Below the pieces are notes generated by a model that worked only from the letters and a program-made list of their open reading frames with translations, ran no database searches and had not been told where the DNA came from. From Lytechinus pictus (taxonomy: Eukaryota): a stretch of 64,000 bases of DNA. This document shows positions 12,149-24,100 of the stretch, in pieces. A program made the translations under genes and the position numbers. Within the stretch, counting starts at the first letter, position 1. Every line of letters begins with the position of its first letter. Location: contig NC_087245.1 in assembly GCF_037042905.1 (NCBI RefSeq), forward strand, positions 13,268,001-13,332,000, in the 5' to 3' direction.

Positions 12149-15100
12149 ATGGCTATTTATACATGGAATGTATGCTTATTTCTCCTCCAGTTGTCATTAA
12201 CTGTATTAGCAGGGTAAGCTATATTTGATTAATCTAGAAATTTAGAAAATTGTGTCTTTAAATGTGTTAAACCTGCAGAACTAATGTCAAGTAAAGCCTG
12301 TTCAGTCCCACTCGTTATAAAATATGTTTTAGTTGCTCACAAAGCCATTGGCATAATTAAACTTAATTAAGCCCAGATTCCAGAATGTCAATCGTGATCG
12401 TGTGTATGTGGATGCGTGGGGATAAGCAGATAAAAACATAATATTTTGCTCTGGATATTTTCAAAATCTGTGCATGAAATAGTAGGCCTAGGCCTAAATG
12501 TAATTTTTGATATTTCATTTATTTGATTTTGATATTTGAAATATTGTCAAACTAATCTCTGAGTATCAAAGTATCATGACTATCACTATCAGTAGACAGT
12601 ATCACTTAAAACAATTTATGACTAACGATTAACGTTGACTGATAATTGTCATTTGATAAATCCACATCCGCTGTTTCGGAGGAGTTTTAACTTTTAAAAA
12701 CATTTTCTGATTTTTTGGTCCTCCTACAACACAGATGACAGATGGATGATGGCTATTGCGCTCGTAATAGTGGAGCAAACAACCGCCGCTTAATTACACT
12801 GTACAGTGTCTATGGAGAAAAGGGTGCACTTTTTCACCCTCCTCGATTATGATTTTGCTTTTTGAGGTGGGAAAAAGTAATCTAAATAGGCCTAAAGATA
12901 AATTATTTAAATACATTCAGCTTACCACCTTTCCGAAAAATGTGCCAGAAATAAATTAAGGCTGTAACGGATTTTAAAATCGGCTCCCGATTTTATCAGA
13001 TTTTACCACAATCAGCGATCTCCTGCCGATCTTTGTCTTTGATTATGCCCATTGAAGGAAAAAATGCGAAGTCTCAGCGGAGCATATCTCTGACATCAGT
13101 CTAGACTAGAATCTACTATCTAGTCTACATGTAGGCTACTAATGATTGCAAAGTTCTTGATTATTTAATTGCATCTTAACTTCTAACCTGGCCCAGAGAG
13201 TTACCCTGGTACTACCCCAAATCTTTCATCATATCACACTTGATTAGAATTTTGATAATTTCATTTACATTTTTCAAATTATGCATTCAATTCTTTGAAT
13301 TAGAAATTGCTCTTAAGTGGCATGTTAGAGTTTACTGAAATGTATGCTTCTCTGACAAAATTACAATTGTTTTAAGGTGTTTGAAATTATTTTTTTTCAA
13401 ATCGAAAACAATATTATTTAGCAACAACATTATTTAGCTCCTTTTTTTTAAACGAAAGAACATTTTTATATCACAACTTTGTTGGGAAACTGCAGTGGAT
13501 ATAGCTTATTTCGAGGTATCTAAATACGCTATACTTTGAATTAGAAGCTCATAAATCATAAAATTTTGTTTATGCATAACAGGAGAGACTTTTACAAAAT
13601 CCTTGGAGTGCCTCGAGATGCTTCTACCAACCAAATCAAGAAGGCATACAGGAAATTAGCTATGCAGTATCATCCTGATAAAAACAAGGATGATCCAGAA
13701 GCTAATGAAAAATTTCATGATCTTGGTGCTGCATATGAGGTAGGCTTGATGTTTCCATTTTTTCCTTATCTTTATAGCATAGATATTAAAATGAATTTAT
13801 GGAAAGGCTGTATTATTGTTGAATATATAGTTAATCCCAGCCCATTCTTTCAGAGTTATGATTGATAAATTAAAATTGATCCTCATCTCTTTATTATTTC
13901 CATTTGCATCTCAGATTGATTTTGATTATATTGCAACTCTTTAAAGGCATGCCTCTGGAAGGAGGGGGTGGGGTGGTGGCATGGTAGGGGTTGTCATCTT
14001 ACTTTACTTTACATTGTTATAAACTTCGATGTTAAGGGTATCCTCATTTTTCCCCTCCAGGGAGTACTTTCTTATAGATATAGAACATTTTGTCAAATTC
14101 AGGTGTAAAATAAAAAATTATGACATTTTCAAATTTTGCAAAATAGTTATGCCCATCCTGGTCAGCCTTCTCTGTATACAAATTAGGTAACCAATGATGT
14201 AACCCATATACTATTCCCTTTGTAGTTTATACTCTAGGGTGGACTTGGCCTTTACGGGATGGCTATACCAATTTTTGTCTTGCCTGCATAACAGAGTGAG
14301 ACTATAGGCGCCGCTTTTCCGACGGCGGCATCAACACCAAATCTTAACCGAAGGTTAAGTTTTTGACAGCATAACTTAGAAAGTATATGGACCTAGTTCA
14401 TGAAACTTGGCCATAAGATTAATCAAGTATTACTGAATATCCTGCCTGAGTTTTAGGTCATATGACCAAGGTCAAAGGTCATTTAGGGTCAATGAACTTA
14501 GACCATGTCGGGGGAATCAACATCAAAATCTTAACCTAAGGTTAAGTTTTTGAAATGTCATCATAACTTAGAAAGTATATGGACCTAGTTCATGAAACTT
14601 GAACATAAGGTTAATCAATTATTACTGAACATCCTGCTTGAGTTTCACATCACATGACTAAGGTCAAAGGTCATTTAGGGTCAATGAACTTTGGCCAATT
14701 GGGGGTATTTATTGAAGTACCATCATAACTTTGAAAGTTTATTGGTCTAGTTCATAAAACTTGGACATAAGAGTAATCAAGTATCACTGAACATCCTGTG
14801 CGAATTTCAGGTCACATGACCAATGTCAAAGGTCAATGAACTTTGGCCATGTGGGGGAATCTGTACCATCATAACTTTGAAAGTTTATGGATCTGATTCA
14901 TGAAACTTGGACATAAGAGTAACCAAGTATCACTGAACATCTTGTGCGAGTTTCAGGTCGCATGACCAAGGTCAAAGGTCAAAGGTCAATGGTCAAAGGT
15001 CAATGAACTTTAGCCAATGGGGGTATCTGTTGAATTACCATCATAACTTCGAAAGTTTATGGATCTGATTCATGAAACTTGGACATAAGAGTAATCAAGT

Positions 15101-18100
15101 ATCACTGAACATCCTGTGCAAATTTCAGGTCACATGACCAACATCAAAGGTCAATGAACTTTGGCTCTGTGGGGGAATCTGTTGAATTACCATCAGAAGA
15201 GACCGCCAGAGGCATTCCACTTGTTTAAAGAATGTATCTAAAGTTGTTACACTTATTGCACTGACTGTCAAGAATAGAAAGAAATTCCAGTTGTTACAGA
15301 GTCACATAGAGAATGAATTTTGAAAGAATACAGGTTTGTACTTTTGCTTCTTTACTTTCATTCTGTGACCTCGTGTTGCTGAGCTTTGGTGGACCATATT
15401 TGATCAAGTCTTTATTTGTATTTTTGCTGGATCCAGGTTCTTTCAGATGAGGATCAGAGAAAGACCTATGATGCACGAGGCGAAGAAGGTTTGAAGGATA
15501 TGGGCCATGGACATCATGGGGACCCATTCTCCAGGTAAGATTCACATAGATTTCACTATGGATTTTTAGTTGTTATTGATTATACCCCCTATAACTTTCC
15601 TACAAGTTACAACTTTCACTAATTGACCTGTATTACCAAAATATTAATTACAAATTACTAAACTTGTTTGTGAAAATCTTTCGAAAGGGGAGAGGTTTGC
15701 ATTTTTCTGTTTGGACAAATAGCTTTTGCCTGTTAGAAGTTTAGATTGTAAACACACTGTATGAGACGACAGATGTTGATGTTGACAATTTCTGTTTAAT
15801 ACTGTTAGCTTCATCATTTTATTACTTAGAAAATATTAGCATAGTTCACTGTCAGTGTCACATGTGGTAGCTTTCACACAACTTTCACACCCCTTATGAG
15901 AAATCAAGACATTGACAAAGTCTAAACATTTCCAAACCTGATAAACCATTGCTGTTTACTCTATTGATGTAACAGTTTGTTATACTTCGATTTTGCCCTA
16001 CACAAATACACATTTTCTGCATAATATATTAAATAAATGGAAATACAGTTATGAACTGTATGAATCAGCATTTGTAGATATATTTAAATGCTCCCTTTTT
16101 CTTATTTTACTTTTCTGTGAAACCTTGAATTAAGTTAATTTGTATTTCATTTTTTGTTGAATAATTTAATTTGATCCATAGTTTCTTTGGAGACTTCAAT
16201 TTTGCTTTTGGTGGTGGAGGTGGGCAGAAGAGAGGTCATGACATTCCAAAGGGAGATGATATCACTGTTGACCTTGATGTCACCTTAGAAGAGCTCTACA
16301 CTGGAAATTTTGTTGAGGTGAATTTATTTGCATGCAGTGACATAGCGAGGCAAATACTTTTAAGGGTATTGAGATTTGATAAATGCTATATTAAGGGTTT
16401 GGTGAGAGTGTACTGATTGAGCCACAAATAATAGTGTTTAATTATAGTTTTTTTTATACAGTGCAGACTCGGTGTGTTGTTAAATTGATATTGACCATGT
16501 TTGAAAGTAGGCCTATATATTTGTTTTTTTCAAAATATGATATTTCTGTTTCTGTTTATGGTAACTCCCATAGGAACTCGGCAGGACAGCACTTTTTTGC
16601 TGGTAAATGCCAAGCTGGTATATAAACAATTACCTAGGAAACATTTTACGTCTTGGTTAATCAGTCATAGTGGCTGACTTTATAGACGACAGATATTAAT
16701 TACTCTTGGGCCTTTTTATCAAAGTGGAGACAATGGCAGAGTGGGGATTCGAACCCACAACCTTGAGATAATGAGTCCAATGCTCTAACCACTGGACCAC
16801 ACAACATGTCATATTGAATGAATACATTGCAGGTTTTTTTTATTGCCATGTCCTCTTAGGTCTAAGGAAACTCATATCAACAAATGTTGTATGGATTCTT
16901 TGACCAGTAAGGAAGGATTATAGATTTGGTATATTATAAGTTATCAATATCAATGATTTCCTTATTTTAAACACTAATTCAAGGTTGTGAGATATAAGCC
17001 AGTAGCAACACAAGCACCCGGAAAGAGGAAATGTAACTGTCGTCAAGAGATGCAGACTGTGCAACTAGGTCCAGGTAGATTCCAGATGACTCAGAAAGAA
17101 GTCTGTGATGATTGTCCAAATGTCAAGTAAGTCAATTTTAATAATGAATGTAGATGGTGATGGTGATGATGATAACGACAACAACAGACCTGCCAACCAG
17201 AACGTTTTAGGTGTATTTAGTACGTTTTTGCAACCAAAATACGGCAGTATGTTTTTTCTTTAAAAATATGATTTTTTTTTGCAAAAAACGTAATTTATTT
17301 CATAAAACGTACACAAATATGGTTATTAGATCAATGTAATTTCAGGTAACTTGTTTTTTTTGTCAATCAATTTGTAAAAACCAGGGTGAGATATACACAT
17401 GTTTCAATGTTTTTTTTTTTCATCTGCAAGAGCAGTGCACATTTTAGCTTGCATGCAGCTTGAGTGCCGCGATGAGCGAGTGCGCCAAGCATTTTATTAT
17501 GAAATACACTTTTTTTGGGGAAAATACATTTTTTAAAATCACAGAATACAGCTTTTCATTCCCAGAGGTTGGCAGGTCTGCAACAACGATGGTCGTGGTG
17601 ATGATGATGATATTGATGTTTATAATGATGATAAGATTTGTCAATCTAGATATTTGTTATAATATTGTTACAGCATTTAAAATTTATGAATGATACAATC
17701 GAGTCTGCAAAAGTAGACCACCTATAAATTAAATAACTCAAATCAGGGCAATTATTCCAACCAGATTATGCAAAACAGGTCTCTTCTGAAGAGAATTTTG
17801 GCTAAACATGTATGGCGTCCTAAAGCATTTGACTTTATAGAGAGACTTGCTTGTGATAGGATTCATGTTTAATATTCGGGTACAGCTGTGAATTCATTTT
17901 GTGAAGATGTACATGTATAGTCAAAATAGGATGCCAATCAATGTCTTTCTCACGTTTACTTGTAAGATATTTGAAAGAAATTGATTATATAATTAATACT
18001 TACTCATGGAATCACATTTGTTACTGCTCCCATCTTCTGTATCTCTGTCTTTCTATCTTTTTCTATCTTCTCCTTCTCTTTCTTTCTCCATCTGTCTCTT

Positions 18101-21100
18101 TCCCTCTCCCTCTCTTACTATGCCTGTCACCCTATTAGATTTGTTAATGAAGAGAAGCTTCTTGAGATAGAGGTTGAAGCTGGAATGCGTGATGGTCAAG
18201 AATATCCATTTATAGCAGAAGGTTAGTAGTTACATGTACATGTATATGTCCAGGCTGTACCCTTGCTTCAGAACCTCCTTTAAGTACCCTCAAGAAAGGT
18301 CAAGCGGATGCATCCATGGAAATTGAACGATAAATGTGACCAGCCACACCAACACCAATAATAAGTTCCCAAGGAAGGTTCTCCATAAATAGCCAAAATA
18401 ACACTTTGGTCTTCAAAAGTAAGCTGTAATATTTTGAAGTTGTAAAGCTGAATGAAAGACACGCTACAAGAGTTTCTTTCAGACTGTTTGGAAGTTTCGT
18501 TGAGATTGCACAGGGTGCACATCTCACATCTGCTTGAATGAACCTAGAACTTCAAGCTGTGTTTTTCTTACTTTTTCAAGCTCTCACTGAATTTCTACTA
18601 CATTTGATCACTTGCTTGTGTAGGTTTTTTAAAATCAATTTTGACAATTCATATATCATTTTAAAGCTTAGGATGCATGGCCGTATGCAGTGGGGTGGGG
18701 GGGGAGCAAACTTACATTTTTTACCGAAAATTTTCACAAAAGTCACAAAGTATTTACAAAATCCTTCAATTTCACTTCACAAAATGCAAAAGTGCCCCAA
18801 TGACCAGCTCGGTCGCTTCACTCCCTCGCTTTTATGTTTTTCGAAAAAGTTTACGCTTGCGTGCGTCCCCCCACGAAAAATTTCTGAGTACATTCATATT
18901 AGGATGTGTCATATCAAGCTCAATAAAAATCTCAAAATTAACTTTAGGCAACTTATTGTTGGTTTTGGGTGTCGGTTCACAAATGGCCTCGCACCAGAAG
19001 TGAGTGATGAATTCCTACCGTGAAGTCGTCATGGGCACACCTGGGTGACTTCTACCTTGGAAGGCCATTTCCATTTACTGTTTGTTGAAACCCTTGAATG
19101 TGTTTTGTCAGGCTTATTGCAACAACACTATAAAATTGTATGGCACTGTTTTGCTACTTTGATTGCATCACTATTTGGTTGTGTGAAAATAACTTCAAAA
19201 AGAGAGAAATTTGCCCAAGAGACCACTTTTTAAAGTCACCATGGTGTTAACTGTGAAAGGGGTATTAATATTTTGAATTTAAAAATAATAAGGTGATTAT
19301 CTATTTGAATTCAAATTATTACTTTGTTTTTCTAGTATATTGGATGTGAGCTTACACATTATACCATGTGAGTACCCCCCCCCCCTTGACACCTCACAAA
19401 TCCTCAATTTAAGGAAAAAATATGCCATGGACACATAATCAGAAATAGTGTCTTATCCCAAATAATTTGATACCATATGTATGTGGTATGTCTTCATGCA
19501 TGGATAATCAATTAGTAGGTATTGTTTGCTGTGATGTAAGTTTTGATTTGCGCCAAAGTAAGGCATGACTGCAATGAATTAATCCAGATGTCAATGATCT
19601 CATTATCTTACAAGGGTTGCATTAAATCCATTGCAAAACACCTGTTCAATAATTAACATTAGAATTGTTTAATAAACACTTTTTAGTATCAACTCTCAAG
19701 TTGACTTCATTGATAAGGGAATTGCAAATATGTTTACTACTGTAAACGCTGTTATTTTCGCGGGATTAATTTTTCGCGCTTGGCGGCTTCAAAACATATT
19801 CGCGGGTTCTTGAATTCGCGCTGCACACTCCATAATTAAAGTCACTTCCTTTTTGCCCATCTGTGAATGGTTTTAATTAACATTTCAGCAACAAAATTGT
19901 ATTTTCTGTTCATAATTCTAGCTCTAAAACGGCATAATTCAGCATTGTTTTGATCCAATCATGAGCTTTTGTGACATTTAGCGCAACTTTTCTTTGCGGG
20001 GCGGACATCGGGGAAGGCAAAACGGAGGCGCTGCTGGCCTGGTATGGACGGCCGAGCACCGGGTAAGAACCGGGAGGATTACGGCTATTCAAAGTGCATG
20101 GGATCAATCAACAAACATGGGCAATCGACCCAACGTCTTCTTAAAAACTAAACAGTTCTAAATACTCACCAATCAAACAGCAATAGCAATTTATATTTCA
20201 ACCAAAATCATGATTTAAATACCGATCTGCGACTGTTAAAAAAATGATCGCATTGCTTTGGAACAAATTCTCGCGATGCACATGATTTTGGAGCTCAAGT
20301 TTGCTTGCTTAAATGCCGTCCTCTATAGGTCAAATTATGCAATCTCTTTGCCAAAACGCAATTGAACCGCGGCTCAAAACTTGCATAAAAATAGATGCTC
20401 ATAAATTCGCGTGTTTATAAATTCGCGCTCGCCGATCTTGCCGCGAAATCCGCGAAAATTTCCACTTTTACAGTAACTCATGCAGGATTATGTCACCATA
20501 GGCATCTGGATTCATTAATTGCAGCCATGCCTTTGGCACAAATCAAACTGTACATCACACTATCACAGTAAAAGAAAACCCTCCTGATTATCCAAGCATT
20601 AACACATATAGCATAAATATGTTATCAAATAATTTAGGAGAAGATAGTCTTTCAGGCCATATATAATATAGATGTGTTCATGACATATTTTTTCCTTGAA
20701 TTGGGGTTTGTGAGGTTTCAAGTTTGTTTTTAATCACACGGTAGTCCCAAATGATTAAGATTTAAGTTATAATTAGTCTATAAAGTTTTTCTTTCACTCT
20801 ATACTTTGATTAAAAAACTTTGATTCACAAGTATTTGCCTATTTTTATTTCCTTTATTTCATTTCACTTATTTTCAGGTGAACCACATATTGATGGGGAA
20901 CCAGGAGATCTTCGTTTTAAAATAATTGCATTAAAGTAAGTATTTATGATATCACTGATGATGTCATTATTGTGTATCTGTAAAGAATGTGCCATGGTGG
21001 AGTGGTAAATAGAAATAAGTCTTAACAAACATCAATCTTGGAGTGAAGAGGTGCAAGACACATAATATAGCAATGATTTGGGGGTAAATCTTGCACAACA

Positions 21101-24100
21101 AACCATTCCTCAGTTTTTCACCCAATGCACTTTGGGACTGCATTACCATAGAATTAGATGAGGCATTAATCACCGTAGACAATCTTCAATATGTTCATCT
21201 TTCCTGTAGACCATCCTGTCTAAGAGTCAGGTCAATCAGGTTATGGGGTTGCTTCAAAAATCTGCTAATAGCTGCTTGACTTTATGCATGACTTGCATGT
21301 GCTATCAGACTCTCCATCATAGTTGTTCTCATGCATTCAAGCTGAAATCAGATCTTTGTACTTTATAGATCTTGTTGAAACTGAATGCAAAGTTTATCAT
21401 TAATCAAAATTGACAGATACAGGAAATTTACTCCCATCTCATTCAAACAGTAAAATTTGCGGATAACGGGTCCCTTGTCATCCATCATTGCAGGGTCGGG
21501 AGGATACAAGAGATCATTTTTAGAATCTCATGGGTAATCGAGTTGAAATTGAACGAGCACCTGTAACTGCAGCCGATTCTGATTATAAAAAAAAACAGAT
21601 CACACTTGCTTATTTCTGATTAATTGCAAGACTTATTGATTTTTGTCTCGCCTGCGTAGCGGAGCGAGACATAGGTATCACTATTTCCGGCAGTGTCGTC
21701 GTCGTCAACAATTGTGTTGTACACCCAATAACTTTCTATAGCTTCGAGGTGGGATCACCAAATTCATACCAGAGGTCCATCTCCTGAAGGCACAGGTCAA
21801 GTTCGAATGTGAATAAGGTCAAAGGTCAATGAACTTTCCATGACTGGCACTGTGCTGTGTTGTACACACAATAACTTTCTATAGCTTCGAGTTGGGATCG
21901 CCAAATTCATACCAGAGGTCCATCTCCTGAAGGCACAGGTCAAGTTCGAATATTAGTCGAATGTGAATAAGGTCAAAGGTCAAAAGTCAATGAACTTTCC
22001 ATGACTGGCACTGTGCTGTGTTGTACACACAATAACTTTCTATAGCTTCGAGGTGAGATCGCCAAATTCATAACAGAGGTCCATCTCTTGAAGGTGCAGG
22101 TCAAGTTCAAATGTCAGCCGAATTTGAATAAGGTCAAAGGTCAATGAACTTTCCATGACTGGCACTGTGCTGTGCTGTACACACAATAACTTTCTATATC
22201 TTCGAGGTAGGATTGCCAAATTTATACAAGAGGTCCATCTTTTGAAGGTGCAGGTCAAGTTCGAATGTGAGTTGAATTTGATTAAGGTCAAAGGTCAATG
22301 AACTTTCCATGACTGGCACTGTGCTGTGTTGTACACATAATAACTTTTTATATCTTCGAGGTAGGATTGCCAAATTCATACAAGAGGTCCATCTCTTGAA
22401 GGTGCAGGTCAAGTTCAAATGTGAGTTGAATTTGATTAAGGTCAAAGGTCAATGAACTTTCCATGACTGGCACTGCTATTTTGTACACACAATAACTTTC
22501 TATAGCTTCGAGGTGGGATCGCCAAACTCGTAACAGAGGTCCATCTCTTGAAGGTGCAGGTCAGGTTCGAATGTGAGTTGAATTTGATTAAGGTCAAAGG
22601 TCAATGAACTTTCACACTACTTTGTTCCTCTAGTGACATGAACTTTATAATTTTTAACTTTTTAACACTAACATTTTACTTCAGAACTCAGTACTCTCTA
22701 TACCTGAACCAGATTTTGTATTTTACTTGTTTATTCTTTAAAAACTGTTGTTATTTATTTTATGAGCTATAGTTCTTGGCACCATTTATAATATTCACAC
22801 ACATTTGCCAATGGTACAATAGAAAAGCTGTCAAAGTTTCTTAAATGTTACCCTTCAGATTTGACATGCAGTCTCTTCATGACTGCAATATGCAGGCGAG
22901 ACAACGCTTGGCGTTTGCCTTGTTTGATATAAGAGTAGCCTGTGTGTAATACCCTCCTAGCAAGTGAAAATTTGCCAAGAATGATTATGTCTAATGTAGC
23001 AATGCAAATTAATGTGTGTATTTGTGTTCTTTACTAAATTATTCAGGCACCCTATATTTGAAAGGAGAGGAGATGATCTTTACACCAATGTCACAATATC
23101 ATTATTAGATGCTCTAACAGGTTTTGAGATGGATATCAAACATTTAGATGGCCATGAAGTAAGTATTCAATATTGCACTTATATATTGGCTAATGGTGGT
23201 TCATGAATCATAGTTTGAATCATATTTATCAACACATTTCACACTCACCCTATTGAATTATGGCTCGAAATATTACCATAACCACAATAGTTTCCTTATC
23301 CTTAGAACATGAGGAAATATAAACAAAGGTTTTGAATTTTTGCTCTTCCATTGACGAGTTGATTTGGCTTTGAATGTTAGTTCCTTGCATCACCACATTA
23401 GACCATGGCTTGAATTATATCTGATCTCAGAAAACTAGTCAGTGTTTGTAAATGTGCTGTAATAAATACCATTTTTAGCTCATCCGGACCGAAGGGCCAG
23501 ATGAGCTTATGCCGTGGCGTGGCGTCTGTCGTCCGTCCACAATTTCAAAATGCTTCTTCGCCATTTCAAGTCCGATTTCAATTCTGTTTGCTTTATATAA
23601 TAGCACTAGGTGTGAGATTCAAAACTTCTACACAGAATTTTGAAACTCATTAAATATGCTAATTTATGTTCATCTTTCAAAATTCACAAAAAATGCTTCT
23701 TCTTTATTTGTTGACCTATTTTGAATATTTTGCTTCCATCTGGTAGAGCTTTATGAGGTTCACCAAACTTCCACACAGAATTTTGAAATTTTGACTAGAA
23801 CAATTTTTATGCAAATGTAGCCTTTGCATATTTTTAAAAATTCACATAAATTTCTTCTTTATTTGTTGACCGATTTTGATATTTTTCTTCCATCTGGTAG
23901 AGCTTCATGAGGTTCACCAAAATTCTACACAGAATTTTAAAATTTGGAGTAGAAAATTATTTATGCTAATTTATGCAAAATTCATAAATCACAGAAAATG
24001 CCTCTCAGTCTTTATTTGTTGACTGAATTTCAAAATGCTTCTTCTTCGTCACTTCAAGTCTGATTTCAATTCTGTTTGCTTTATATGATAGCATTAGGTG

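Noticed and set aside
16735-16803. Functional tRNA gene
   Set aside because: The anticodon and acceptor stems are imperfect and the sequence runs into a SINE body and tail.
18280-19233. Cluster of 60-160-aa ORFs in DNAJB11 intron 6
   Set aside because: No recognisable motifs; they partly overlap a MITE remnant and are consistent with chance ORFs.
22040-22445. Two near-identical 83-aa ORFs
   Set aside because: They are offset by exactly the 154-bp satellite period and are artefacts of the tandem repeat.
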